From Callorhinchus milii (Eukaryota): DNA of 64,000 bases. The notes beneath the pieces are model-generated. The model was not told the DNA's origin. It was given only the letters and a program-made list of their open reading frames with translations, and did no database searches. Location: contig NW_024704742.1 in NCBI RefSeq assembly GCF_018977255.1, positions 115,260,001 to 115,324,000 on the forward strand, written 5' to 3'. Of this stretch, positions 50,376 to 64,000 are shown piece after piece; the stretch's first letter is position 1, and every line of letters begins with the position of its first letter. The position numbers and the translations under genes are program-made.

Positions 50376-51208
50376 AACATTGTTTGTTATCATTTTTCAT
50401 ACACCTAAATATTAGTTCAAGGCTAAGATTAATGTTTGTTGGTCACAGTAATCCAGTGTTTCACAATAAGTTTTGATGCAAGATTCTTGTACAAAGACTG
50501 GCATGAGCCAATCTCCATGACGTATATAATGAATATGATTTATGTCACTAAGGATTGGATAGGACACATTCCTAATCAATTCTGAAATCTTCCCTGTCCA
50601 CACCCTTAGGGAGAGAATTTATCTGCACTCTTGTCAGCTGATTCACCAGAAATCAATTTAATCTACAGACCAAAACGAGGGGGCTTCTGTCTAGGGATTC
50701 ATTTGATACTTATTGATTCATCACCCTTTAAATAACCAAAGTACTTACCATCAATAATCCCACAATGCTCATTACAATAAGTCTTATTGCTACATTCACA
50801 CAACAATCAGTAGTCTCCAAATCCCTCCAACGTACTATTCTGAATCCCAGGGTCCTGGCAGAAGAAAGACTATTATATTAGGTCAGCCTGGCTACATCAA
50901 TCAGATATACTATCAGATAATATGTCAGCATCCTATACAACAAAATGAGGCAATATGTTGACAAAAAATATTGCTTTAAGTTTACCAAGGAACTGTTTCG
51001 GAATAAGTTAAGCTTTAGAGTCCATCAAGGTGTGTGCTCTTACATACTTTTCCAGTACAGTAGAGGCTAAGACTCTGGACCTATTTAAGTAACAGTTTGA
51101 AACTGTCTTAGGATGATGGTAGGGTGGGTGTTCTGGAAGGATATCAATGGCTGAAGGGCCATTGTCTGTCTTCAAAGAAATGTTTTCTCGATCCACTTTT
51201 AACCAGCT

Positions 51209-51620
51209 TAATAATAATAAACCTTGCATTTGATATAATATATCACCTTGCTAATCAGGAGGATGTCCCAAAGAGCTTCACAGGATTTACTGGAAGTGGA
51301 GTGACTGTATTTGTGGGCGAAATGACAGTTTGCACAGAGCAGCATCCCACAAGCAGCTATGAACTGAATGACCAATTTTATTTGGGAGATTGTTGGCCAG
51401 GGCACCAGGAGAAGCTCCCCTCTCTTTTCAAGGGATCTTTAACGTCACCTGACCAGGAGATGGGACCTCGGCTCATCTGAAGGATGGCACCTCCAACAAT
51501 GCAAAACCTCACCCCAGCATTACATTGGAGTGTCAATGGAGATTATGTGGAGCTCAAATCCTGATGTGGGACTTGAACTCACAAGTTTCACCCAGAGACT
51601 AGAGTGTTACTACTGAGCTC
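51209..51620 (-). mobile_element. DeuSINE-like SINE
   Basis: Same architecture as 27047-27450. Confidence 0.7.
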
Positions 51621-51961
51621 TAATTTGAAGACTTATCAGTCATTTACCATTTGGTAGCCTTAAAAATGAACCAAACAAATGTGTGACACAGTAGGAAGCT
51701 TTTTATTTTCATGTTAGTTCTTGTTCACCCAAGAAGCCATCCAGCCTAATCTCAATTCTGTAATAGAGTTATAGAACATTGGAAACAGGACTTTTAGTTC
51801 AACTAGATATGTATCACATTAGTTCCCATGCCTCCCAGTTATCTCTCCTTTACTCTCCTATTACCTTCTCCCACCAAAATATGAATCCTGATTGATCACT
51901 TCAGCTCAGAGAGCCAGTTCTGGAATCTCCCATCTTTGAGATGCTCCCCTATGTAAAAATG

Positions 51962-52590
51962 TTTTGGTCAGCTGGATGTCTGAGACATGCAGAAACGCAT
52001 CCCCCTGCTTAAGAGTATCCAAACCAAACTGAGATTCCCATGCATCCCACCTACACATGGAAATCCCAGTGATAGATTGTTGGAGAGGAATTTGCACTCT
52101 CTCCCTGGAGGGATGCATCCTGCTTTCCTAATTCTGGAAGTATTAGGCACAGGTTGGCAAGAGCTAAGGCTTAGGGCTTAGGGATGTTGGGATACTGCTG
52201 GAGTCTAACCAGCTAAAACCGCATAGCTTGCTGTTGAGAACACTATCTGGTAGGCTTTCCTCCTGCTTGTTCAGCCAGGACCACCCTACCCATAAGGGCT
52301 TTGGTTTGCACGATTAATGGGAGCTGAGTGGGATGACTCCCTGCTCCCAGTGATTAGTCTGCCCTTCCAAGTTGTGCCGATCAGCAAGGCTGACTGTACT
52401 GTCAACAACAGTGCTCTGGAATACTGTGGATTCACCTGTAACCGGACTACTGAGACCTCCACGGAGGGCTGGCTCATTTCTGGCATTCCATTGCCAAAAC
52501 ATGTCACCTTGGAGCCAGCTCCCAGGAGACCCCACTTACCTCCCCCCAAGGAGAATAGTCATAGTTGATTGTTTGATAGCTAACAAGCGT
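51962..52590 (-). mobile_element. 3' end of the poly(A)-tailed LINE family
   Basis: Reverse-complement similarity to 4450-5055. Confidence 0.78.
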
Positions 52591-54319
52591 GGGTTTGAGC
52601 CCTCACGTATGTAAAGTTATACAAGTGCAAATTGTTGCAGTTTCATTGAGAGAAACAGTACATCCCTGCAGGTGAGAGCTGTGCTGTGTTAACTTTACCT
52701 TACTTTTGTTTGCAGTGACTTTCCTACCAGACTGGATCCATAACATGGCTATAATTAATGACACAATTCAGAAAGCCTGCAATATGTAGCCTGTCTATGG
52801 AATGATCAATGCTTTTCAAATATAGGTGTTTGTCTGATCCTGTTTTCCCATGAGACTAGGTGGGTTTTAAAGGTGGATTTAAATTGATTTCAAAAGATTG
52901 ATCTAAGACTGAAAAAAATAATATTCCATAAACTAATTCAGAAGGTGCAAGATTTCTGTAACAAACTCAGACAACTGCTGTAATCTTGAGAAAAGTTTTA
53001 CCATATAGAACTTTAAATGCCATTATGCCTTATCCGCTGCTACAGCCATATAAAACACTGTGGGTTCATTTGTTGTTCGCAGCTCTTATAATATGTTTAT
53101 CCCTTCTGTAAGAGGACACTGACTTCCTGTTGTGTGCAGGGAGGTAGAAGTATACCTCAACGCAACTTGAAAACATGAATTTTGAAATGGAACATTTTTA
53201 GGTTTCCTGAATATTGCCCAATTGATGCAATTTATATTCAGATCGTACGGCCATGGGTTTGGGAGTGGGAGGGAAAAGGCAATAAGGATTTCCACTGACA
53301 TATACTTGATGCTATCTGCCATCATCCACTTTCACTGGTGTTGGGTGTGCAACAGCATTGATGTGGGGAGTACTGAGCTGGGGACATAAAGCAGGATGGT
53401 TGTTTGCCGAGTGGAGGGGGCAGTCAGGACAGTAGGGTCACAGGATGTCACAGAGGTAGTGTGAGGTTAGGCCATCATGGGATTTGAAAGTGAGGATGAG
53501 GATGAGCAAGAGTCAGTGGAGTTGAGTGAGGGGAGGTGATGGGCTCACGGAGCCTGGTGTGGGAGAAGACATGGCCTGCAGAGTTCTGGATGAAATACCT
53601 GAATTAAAGACCTTTAGAATTAAATTCCAAACTCAACTAAATATAATTCTCAGATCCAGTGAGGGATTTACAATTACATAAGAAATATTAGTTGTTACAA
53701 TGGCTAAAAGAAGATGTTATATTTGCTGCATCATTTAATCCTTATTTTAGGGAGGTAACATTCTTGAGAATCTTTACATAATATGGACAAAAATCTGAGT
53801 TTTCTGTGGTGGTGGGGGTGGGGTGTGTGGTCAGAGTTGAAATAAATTCTAACGGGAGGAGAGGTTGTACAAAAAAAAAGCAAGACACAAAGGGATCTTG
53901 TAATTGCTCTGTACGTAGACTAGAAATCCATCCTCTCAGTCCACCAAAAAATTAATCATGCAGCAAGTAAGTTACTTCCTGTCCCTAATGGACAATTATT
54001 AATTATTGACAAAATGAATAACAAAATAAAACCTTTGTATTTATGTACCACAGCATTTCCTGTAATGATCCTTTGAGCGAACATCCAACTAGTGGTATTT
54101 CCAGCTTTGCTCTGTTTCCCTCCCTGGTCAGTTAATGAGCAACTTGTTATCTATGTGTTCCTACGTGCTCACCACAGCAATAAATGAAGTGGGACTTTTA
54201 TGAAAGATATAATGCCTTTTATCACATCAAAATGGCTCAAGGCACAGATAACTACCGTCAAAACATAGGGACTTCTTTCTTCTGGGCAAAAACAGCAGTA
54301 AAGTCCCACAAAATACAAA

Positions 54320-54972
54320 ATATAATACAAAATTACATTTGTAAAATGCCTTTAACATCGGGAGGACATCCCAAGGAACTGAACAGTGAGGGATTAGGAC
54401 CTGAGTGAGGGGGGGGAGGGGTTGAGAACAGGAAGGATGAAGGGCAGAGAGGGTAGGAGGGTGGCCGAAGAGGAGGGTCTTGAGGAGTGCCTTGAAGGAC
54501 GCAAGGGAGGGAGTGAGGTGAAGGGAATGTGCATGGAGTTTTAGAGGGTGGGGTAGAGAGGCTGAAGGCCACAAACACAACATTCAAACACACACACAAA
54601 TATTCAACACAACCACACACATCATTCACATGCACAACTTTCACATACATATATACTTTCACACACTCACACACATTTACACACAACTACACGCAACATT
54701 CACACATACAGCATTCAAACACGCATATTCACAAACACATTTATACATATTCACACCCACCATTCACATTCAACAGTCATCGTGCCTGTACACTGGGTGG
54801 GGGGCAGAGAGGCTGAAGGCTCGACCACCGATGATGGGGTGGGCCGGGCGGGTGACATGGAGCAGGCTACTGAGCGGAGGGAGGGGACAGGTTGATAAGA
54901 GGTCAGCAGGTCGGAGAGGTAGGAGGGAACAGGGCCATGGAGGGCCTTGAAAGTGAGGATGAGGATTTTGAA
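54320..54972 (-). mobile_element. L2 3' fragment interrupted by CA-rich low-complexity tract (54570-54790)
   Basis: FKILILTFKALHG motif, L2 tail, CA tract. Confidence 0.8.
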
Positions 54973-55419
54973 AATAGCCATTAACTATTTGGGACAGGAC
55001 TCCAGAAAAGATTTATTTTCTCATTGCACTGATCTCTAAAATATTGGCCCAACATCTGTCAAATTTCAATACTCATGACTAAGTTTGTTTGACATTTTAT
55101 CACAGGATGCAGACTTGCTGACTTGATGCCTTTGCAAGACTTGAGCCTGTAGAGATGAAGTGTGCTCTCCTCACATTTAACCTTAAAACCAGAAAAAAAT
55201 TAAACTTGTGATTTAAATCCACTGATTTTGGTGGTTCATTCACTCATTTATTCTATTGATGAGCCAGGCAGGCTGGATTGTTAACATTGGAACACAAAAT
55301 TGCTTTTAGTTAGATATCAAACATCTTCAAAAATTGGAGCAAACTCTTCAAATTGAGAGCCACACCTGATGGGAGCCAAACAGGAGAGTCTCTGTCTTTT
55401 CTACATTCAACTGGAGAAA

Positions 55420-55860
55420 GTTAGCTCTCATCCAGGACTTGATCTCCAACAATCAATGAGAACAGCAGTAGTCCTGGCATCCAGGTTGGAGACAGAGAGA
55501 TAGAATTGGGTGTCATCCGCATATGTGTGGAAGTTAACCCCATGCCTGCAGATGACACCGCATGTAGATATTAAAGAGAAGAGGCTCAAGGAGCCCTGAG
55601 GGATGTTGCATGCGATGGTGTGGGAGTTGGACGAAAAGCCCTTGGCAGATATGAATTGGCAACGTTGGAATAGGTAATAATGAAACCAGGTAAGGACAAA
55701 ACCGTGAAGGTGAAGCTGAGAGGAAAGGCAGTGGAGAACAATAGAATAGTCAACAGTTTTGAAGCAGACAGAGAGGTCAAGAAGGATGATGAAGCAGTGA
55801 GAGCCCCCGTCACAGACGGAGAGAATGTTATTTCTGACAGGGCAGTATTTACTCCAGGTA
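55420..55860 (-). mobile_element. Degenerate L2 RT fragment
   Basis: LLDLS, IPQGS and YADDTQFY motifs (ORF 55428-55880). Confidence 0.85.
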
Positions 55861-58800
55861 GAGTTTCCAGAATTTGCCAAATTGTTGAATTCAGTTTTAG
55901 CACTGAAGTCAGTTTTCTGTAATTCTTAAAATACAGACACTTATAAAAAGTTGGCTGAAAAACGGTAAATAGGGTCAATGTGCATCCAGGTGGAACTTAT
56001 CCCACCGGATATTTTGCCATACAACATTGAATGTTTGTGTAGAAACAAGCTGTCTCTGAAAATAGGATTTTATTTAAATATCTGAGTGTAAAAAATAAAA
56101 TCTAAATGTGGTTGTATACTTGTGCTATCAGAAGCCATGAGTAATCATTTCAAAAGGAAAATATGGGACAGTAAATTGTAAATTTCACAGTTATGAAATT
56201 CATTATAACATATCAAAGTACAGAATGTAGTGTAATACATCTTGGTAGATTACAATTATTAAATCAGCATTAAAAATCATTGTGGTGCAAAAATCCTTTG
56301 GACATTTACATACATAAAGTACTGTATATTTAATGTAAAATTTATTGCAATAGAGAACCAAGGGCCCAATGTTCGTCTTGACAATGGAAGTAAAGCATGT
56401 TTAATGTTTTTTGCAAACAAAGGTTAATGGAATCCTATCAGCACAGACCATTCCTAAATGCTGTTTATGAGCACAATATGTTTGCTGTAACAAACGTACA
56501 GCAACAAGTGATTATGCAGCTCCAGTCAATAGTTCACGCAGCTAAAGTAATGAACAAGCCAACAAGCCAACTAACAAGCCATGGTGTAGAATTTCAAACA
56601 TTGCAGCTGTAGAGTTTGAGATTCAATAGGAACATGACTGCTTATATCACACTCCCCTACCCGCTGCCTTTAAGCTGCAGCTCCCTACTCTGGCCTCCTC
56701 AGCTCCCTATTCCCCTCCGCTCCACCATCGGTATCTGTGCTTTCAGCTGCTATGCCCCAAAACTATGGAACTTTGTTCCTCAATCCCTCTGTCTTGCCTC
56801 TTTTTCCCAGTCTTCAGATCACACCTGAAGACTTTCCTCTTCGGCAATGCCTATTCACCTCCCCCCCCCCCTCTTCCTAGCCCGGTGTCAAGCTCTATTC
56901 CTGTTAAGAGCTCTGAGATGTTACCCAGGTGTAGTGCACTATATAAATAATAATAATAATCCTCCCATTTGATGAAGTGCCTTATCACATCACTGAGCCA
57001 TCTCAAAGCGCTTCACAGAACATATTGTAAAGTAAATTGACTGTGTATTTTGTGGGTGAAATGCAAGTTGTAGTTGTTGATGATTGTTCAGAAAATTTGG
57101 AAAACTGATTTCTGGGCAAGGAGCTGGTGGATACAGAGCCTGAGCAGCACCAGGACATCTTTGGTGGAGGAAAAGCCAAGAGCAATGGACAAAGGCCTGT
57201 CAGGCAATGTGTTAATCCATTTCACGAGAGATTCGGGTGAAGAAGATTTATTTGATCTCATCCTTTCACGATAGCAATCCTACGGTCTTCTCTTCACAGG
57301 ATTAAGCTGATTCATAAATAAATCCAGCCATTCTGACCTCTACCACCGTTCCTGAAACCTGTTTCCAACTGTTAATTGCCTTCTGTGTAAAGAAATACTT
57401 CCTGGCATCTGGTTCATTATCATTTACAATAGCGTTGATTGTTAATTTATGAAAAAAATAATAATACAAATTCTACTGCACTAATGAGATTACCACTTTG
57501 TAAAGTAGTTTGCTATTCAGGTAGCTCTAATTTACAGCAATAGTAACATTATTCAGACCTTTCACACAGCTGAATGATTTGCAGTCTTGATTTAACCAAA
57601 TTTGTTCCGGTTAATGTCATTTTCCCCGTTTGTCCTCAGTGAGCAAATTTTGTATTTATAGCTTTGTGTTGTAGTGTTCTATAATATTGTTCTACATTGT
57701 GTAGCTGTTAATCTTACTTAGTCCATTGTGTCATTTGTATATCGTCTTTCAAGTTGGGAGGATATCCCAAGGTGCTGGACAATCAGTGTTTCGGACCTGA
57801 GCTGGGGGTCGGGATCGAGGAGGGTGTGGGGGGGGAAGCAGGGTGATCGAAGCCATGATTGAAGAGGAGGTTCTTGAGATGAGTCTTGAAGGAGGCAAGG
57901 GAGGGGCGAGGCGGAGGGACTGCTGGATGGAGTTGTAGAGTGGCTGAAGGCCTGTTCACCAATGGCGGGGTGGGCGAGACGGGGGACAAGAAGCAGGCCG
58001 GAACCCGCTGAGCACTAGCACAATCCCAGCCTAGTTATATTTATAATTACATACCAATTGGTGCTGATGAATTAATTTTTCCATGCCAGAGGTTAAGGGA
58101 TGATTTCAATGAAGTATTTAAAATTTAAAATAATGAAAGCAACTGACAGGTTACACAGTGGATGACTCTTCCCTTTGGTAGAGGGATCCATTACAAGGGA
58201 CGTAGCCTGAAAATCAGAACCAAGACAATTAGAACTGAGGGTCAGAAAGTATTTCTGGGGTAATATTCCATGCCAGAGTACTGAAGAAACTACCTATCCT
58301 TCTCTCACCTCTGGACCTGGCATTTGATATAGCGCCTTATGTCATTTGGACGTCTCAAAAAGAACTTCACAGAATATATTATAAAGTGACTGTGAAACAT
58401 CCACAAAATAATAAAATGGTGGAAGAGCCTGAACACGCTGAATGTCCTCCTCTTGGTCCCATGTTGTTCTGTTCCTAAATACTGAAGTTCTGTGAGTTTT
58501 AAAAGTAATTCTGTATTCAGACAATTTAATCAGGTGTCTCTGGATTTCGTGGTTCTCCCACTTCCAATTAAAACACTGCCTATAGAAGGTGCCCCTATAC
58601 CACTGTGCTTGTCTTGCATAACAAGAATTGAAATGCCACCTTATTAGTCTCTACAGTTTGTGCCAATTATTCTCCATCACAATGAGCTGTCTGGGGAAAT
58701 CTACTTGTCACAATCGGAACAAGCTGTGAATAACAAAAGGAGCCTGAGCCACCAACATAAAACAGCTATTTGTAACAACGTAGACAGACAGCAATGACGT

Positions 58801-59799
58801 TGGTTAGGAACAAGGTGCTGGCGGCATAAACTTCTTAATGCAAAAGAATTATGGCAGAATGCCAAAATCTGATCTCTCCCATACTGACACTGAATTTAAA
58901 CCTGAGGTCCTTACATATCCATTTCCCTCAAACCACTTGCTAAACCAATGGTCGTCATAATATAGATCCTGAAAAGATTGATGTTCATTTTTAATATAAG
59001 CCGGAGTTTTAAAATTGGTACTGTATTAGCATTTGGGCAGATTTAATTCCACGTACAGGTCACTGAGGGCAGTCAGAATATTTATGGCCAATTTACTGCA
59101 GCTCAACGATGATTTTCTACTTACCATAAGAGTGATTAAACTTAATTGAGCTCATAATTAAAAGATGGCATTAACGGAAAAATATCCAGCAGCACTTGTC
59201 AATGAATAAACACTAGTAGCATTAGACAAGGGTAATATTTAATTCAAATTGCCCTATGGTTGAGTTTAATACTAATGTCTGTAAAAATGCTCCCGGAAGC
59301 ACATTCGTTTTTAATTGTTTGTTTGGGGGATGATACTCAGTTGTAAATTAATGGCAATTAATTCAGGAGGAAGACAAAGGCATCGCGAAGGCTTGTTGTT
59401 AGCAATTCTTAAGCCTGGATAGGATCAGCAGACAATTTCTAGACTTGATTCACTTGTGCATGGGAGCGCAAAATCACCATTGTTTCGGTTAACATGTCTG
59501 GTGCTCTGAAATTGACAGCAACCTACTCCCATTATGCTGACTTGAGAGGCAACAAACATTCCACTAGGCAATCACTTGGGAGGTCAAATCCTCTCATGTC
59601 TCTACAAAGCATTCATTGGATAGATTTATACATAGCTTCTTACTCTCACTGTCCAGATAAGCAGAGACTAAATTATTGATCCCATATAATCAGTCATGAG
59701 AAAAACTAGTTTGAAGCCTGCTTTTGATAGACTGAACTCTTTCTTACAGAGCAACAGAAAAGCCCATTCCAAAGATTGGATTCCCATTTGTGATATTCA

Positions 59800-60306
59800 C
59801 AAACTGGATAATCCAGAACTCTGTAGCCGGTGTCCTCTCCCGCACCAAACTCCGTGACCCCATCTCCCCACTCTCGCCCAACTCCATTGGCTCTTATCTT
59901 TCAGAGGATCCAGTTCAAGATCCTGGTCCTCACATACAAAGCCCCACCCTACCTTTGTGACCTCCTAACCCCCTACTAAGCCGCCCGTTCCCTCCGCTCA
60001 GCCGGCTCTGGCCTGCTCCACATCCCCTGACCCACCCGCCCCACCATTGGCGGGAGAGCCTTCAGCCACTCTGGCCTCAACCTCTGGAATTCTATCCCCC
60101 AGTCACTCCGCCTCGCCCCCTCCTTAGCCTCCTTCAAGTCCTGCCTCAAGACCCTCCTCTTTGTCCATGCCATCGGCCACCCCCCTTCCCTTCCTTCTCC
60201 CCCTCTGACCCCAGCTCGTATCTGAAATGCTGTACTCTGTCCAGCGCCTTGGGACGTCCTCCCAACTTGAAAGGCACTATACAAATGTAATCTTTTTGTT
60301 GTTGTT
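59800..60306 (+). mobile_element. L2-clade LINE 3' fragment
   Basis: Similarity to other L2 3' ends, with tail. Confidence 0.82.
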
Positions 60307-62319
60307 GGATCTGTTGCATAAATTGCAACTTCTAGTTAAGAGAAGTTTTAGCCTTTGAATCCCAACTCCATAAAATCAGAAAAATGAGATAGCCTTTTCA
60401 GGTGAAATTTTACTCACTGATCTTTTCTTAGACTTTGCTTTCTTGGGTTTCAGGACTTGGAATTTCACAAACTGAAAGTTAATACAAAAAATAATCCTTG
60501 CATTTGATATAGCACCTTTCATGTCAGGAGGACATCTCAAGGCACTTCACAGGATATACTGTAAAAATTAGTGACTGTATATTTGTGGGCAAACATAGCA
60601 GCCCCTTTGTGCACAACAATGTCCCACAAACAGTCATGAAATGAGCAGTGAATTTTGATAGTAATACTAATCCTTGCATTTGATATAGCGCCTTATCATA
60701 TCTTAGAAACGTCTCAAAGCGCTTCACAGAATATCTGGGAGATTGTTAACCAGAAGACTGAAAGAAACAATTTTAAATTTTTGAGTAATGTCATGGGATC
60801 TTTAACATTCACCTGAACAACAACAATTTGCATTTATATAGTGCCCTTCACGCGGGGTAGTGTCCTGGAGCGCTTGACAGTGGAGGAATCTGACCCCGAG
60901 CCAGGGGGAGAGGGAGGAGGGAGGTGACTGTGAGCACAATCAAAAAGGAAGTTCTTTAGGTGGGATTTGAAAGTGGGGAGGGAGGGTGCAAGGTGGCGGG
61001 ATTGAGGGAGAGAGTTCGAGAGCTTCGGGGCATAGTGGCTGAAGACACGGCCGCCGATGGTAGAGTGGAGGGGACGAGGGACAAACAGGAGGCCAGAGCC
61101 AGCCGAGCGGAGGCAGAGGGTAGTACCTCAGAACAGACAGATGGGACCTCAGTTTTAACCTCAGCTAAAGGACAACATACCCATTGTACTAGAGGGTCAG
61201 TCAGTTGCAATTTTATGCAACAAATGCAATTTTTGATTGTTACAAATTACTAATTGCAAAGTAGATCCCATTGCCGCCTAATCTGTCCATCTGATGATCC
61301 ACTTCTCATTGTTAGACACGAAATGCTCACACGATGATGACACTTATGTTACAATGCAATATTTCGGAATAATAATCAATATTATAGTCTTCAGTCACAT
61401 CAGCCTCACACAACATCCTGTCATTTATTCTGTTGCTGTTTGTGAGGCATTACTAGTAGAGATTAGCTGCCTTGTTTTCCTAAATAACACTGCACTATAA
61501 AGTAACTCAGACTTATGAAGACGTTTGAGATTTTTCAACCTGGTATCACTGTGGTTTTAATGTTTGGCTTCACCTGTGCTTCCTCACATATGAATGATGC
61601 AATAATAATAATAATAATCCTTGCATTTGATATAGCACCTCATTGCATCATTGAGACGTCTCAAAGCGCTTCACAGAATATATAACGGGTATTGACTGTG
61701 TATTTTGTTTGCGAAACTCGGCAGCCAATTGTGCACAACTGTATCCCAAATACAGTCAGGATTGAATGTGTGGAGTTTGAACAGAGGCTGAGGTTTGAAC
61801 TGAAGAGGAAGGTGCTTTGACTCAGCAGCCTCAGGTGGCTGATGCCCAACTTTATCAGAATATTGTCAATATTTCAGGCAGGAACAGCTCATCAGTCCTT
61901 GAACCCACCCATCCAATTTTCCACAAGCTATTTGAAATGCATCTATCTCAATATTTACCCTGGAGTTCCTCTGACTTCCTCCCTTACCTTGTTCGATGTA
62001 CTGTACATCTCAAAGTGTCCCTCTTTGGCTGCGCTTTTAGTCATCTTTCCCCACCCCCAATGTGAAAGGAGCTGTATAAATCTGTATTGTATTTTCTTAT
62101 AACCTTGATATCCTTTAGTTGACATGAACTTGTCAAATTACTTTTTGGAACCGAAGCTTGATCCTGTGGTCGATCAGAAAACATAGAAACAGGTGACGTA
62201 TTTGATTAGTTGTGATACACATGCAAACCAGGAATTATGGTGGATGGAACTTTCATTTCTGTAACAAAACTTCTCCCTTATCAACTAAATAGGGCAACAA
62301 GTTATTATCTCAGTACAGA

Positions 62320-62517
62320 GATAATAATCCCTCCAAAAAAAATAACAAATTGGACATTTCAATCCACGACTGTTTGTGGGACACTGCTGTGCACAATTGG
62401 CTGCCGCATTTCTCCCAAAAATATACAGTCAATTCACTTTACAGTATATTCTGTGAAGTGCTTTGAGACGTCTAGAAGACATGAAAAGTGTTATATCAAA
62501 TGCAAGGATTATTATTA
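62320..62517 (+). mobile_element. SINE body/tail, 5'-truncated
   Basis: Matches 29420-29608. Confidence 0.82.
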
Positions 62518-63366
62518 ATAAGAATGCATTGCGGTTATGTCCTGCAGCCAGAAATTCTACCCACAAAAATACAAAGTCACTGCGCTTTACAGTAAATCCT
62601 GCAAAGCCCTTGGAGATGTCCTCCTAATATGAAAGGCTCTATATATCAAATGTAAGCATTATTATGCTGATACAGGCGTGATGGGCCGAATGGCCTCCTC
62701 CTATTGCTGTAAATTTCTATGATTCTATTCTTATTATCATACATTTCAGGGCTGTTTGTCAGACATTGCTGTTTTCAAATTGGCTCCCACATTTATATAC
62801 TAATACACATTTACTGTATATAGCTTTACAGAAATGACATGAAGCACTACAGATTTTCTCAACATTATAGATGCTACATCAAATTCTAGGAGAATTAGTA
62901 TTATTTTCACTCTTGAATTTCAACAATATTTCCTGAAGTGATGTTATACTGTCATCTGCTGGCAGCAGCAGGAAGTGATCCATAAGTGTTCGGAATTCAC
63001 CCACAAGAAAATGTAATGAGAAAGAATTAAGAAGCAAAAAGAGAAGCAAGACAAGTTTACTTCTTCCACTATAATTTGAAGCTTTACTGTTAGATTTACT
63101 TGAAGCAAGATCTTTTGTTGGTTTGAAAAAGCCTTTCTGGAAATATTGCATCAAATCTGAAAGTCGACAACAACTTGCATTTATGTTACACCCTTTGCAC
63201 AGAATAGCATCTCAGAGCACTAGTTGTACAGTAGATGGAGATAGGATAGTTGACTTAATTTTACCTGGTATTAATGTTTGCCATTTATGTTCATTACTAG
63301 AAACTCTAAGCCCTCTGGGTTTGCAAATTCTAGTGTTGGTTTAACAGGATGGTTAATGTTTTACCT

Positions 63367-63963
63367 CAAGGCTGGACTCTCTCCTCGCCGGCCTTCCCGG
63401 CACCTCCCTCCACAAGCTGCAGGTCATTCAGAACCCTGCAGCTCATGTACTGTCCCGCACCAGGCTTCGGGACCACATCACTCCCACCCTCGCTCGCCTC
63501 CACTGGCTCCCCATCCCCAGAGGATCGAATTCAAGATCCTCATCCTCACCTACAAGGCCATTCACGGCCTTGCTCCCTCCTACCTCTCCGACCTACTATC
63601 CCCCTACTTACCTGCCCGTACCCTCCGTTCCTCTGGCCCCGGTCTGCTCCACATCCCCCGCCCCAACCGCCCTACCATCGGTGGCCGGGCCTTCAGCCTC
63701 TCAGCCTCTAGGCTCTGGAACTCCATCCCCCAGTGCCTTCGCCTTGTCTCCTCCCTTTCCTCCTTCAAGGCCGGTCTCAAGACCTTCCTCTTCAACCGTG
63801 CCTTCACCTCCCCTCTCGACTCTCTACTCCCTCCTTGCTCCCTCCCTTCCCTCCCCCTGACCATTTCCCCCCTACTCAGGTCCCGACCCAACTGTCCAGC
63901 GCCTTGGGACGTCCTCCCGACGTGAAAGGCGCTCTATAAATGCAATCATGTTGTTGTTGTTGT
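63367..63963 (+). mobile_element. L2-clade LINE 3' end, young
   Basis: Near-identical to rc of 1572-2180; (TTG)n tail. Confidence 0.92.
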
Positions 63964-64000
63964 TTACGCTTCGCTCACAGAATGCACTGTACAATATATT

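Noticed and set aside
54333..54950. ORFs rich in His/Thr or Val/Cys
   Set aside because: Translations of a CA-rich simple repeat
57143..57160. Second RE1-like motif (AGCAGCACCAGGACAT)
   Set aside because: Half-site spacing one base short, mismatches, and lies among repeat debris

Overview
Vertebrate genomic DNA, most likely from a cartilaginous fish (possibly a chimaera; inferred from the repeat landscape). Two genes lie on the + strand. The first is the last seven coding exons of MCCC2 (1155-27957), whose exon lengths of 73/77/67/157/115/86/118 nt match the human gene as recalled. The second is a complete three-exon CARTPT gene (35814-37520, 110-aa prepropeptide). The rest is dense in L2- and CR1-clade LINEs, tRNA-Ala-derived SINEs, DeuSINE-like SINEs and a poly(A)-tailed LINE family. 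Almost all ORFs in the supplied track are retroelement remnants or chance ORFs. The most notable structure is the CARTPT control region: a ~51-copy 14-bp minisatellite whose units each carry a forkhead motif (TRTTTRC) and vary mainly at its two degenerate positions, then a perfect CRE, a TATA box, and an RE1/NRSE overlapping the start codon. Also notable are a perfect 53-bp inverted repeat downstream of MCCC2, a probable transposon-donated branch point for an MCCC2 exon, and a young CR1 with two internal deletions whose ORF2 stays open. Repeat boundaries are approximate and family names come from recall, not from searches.
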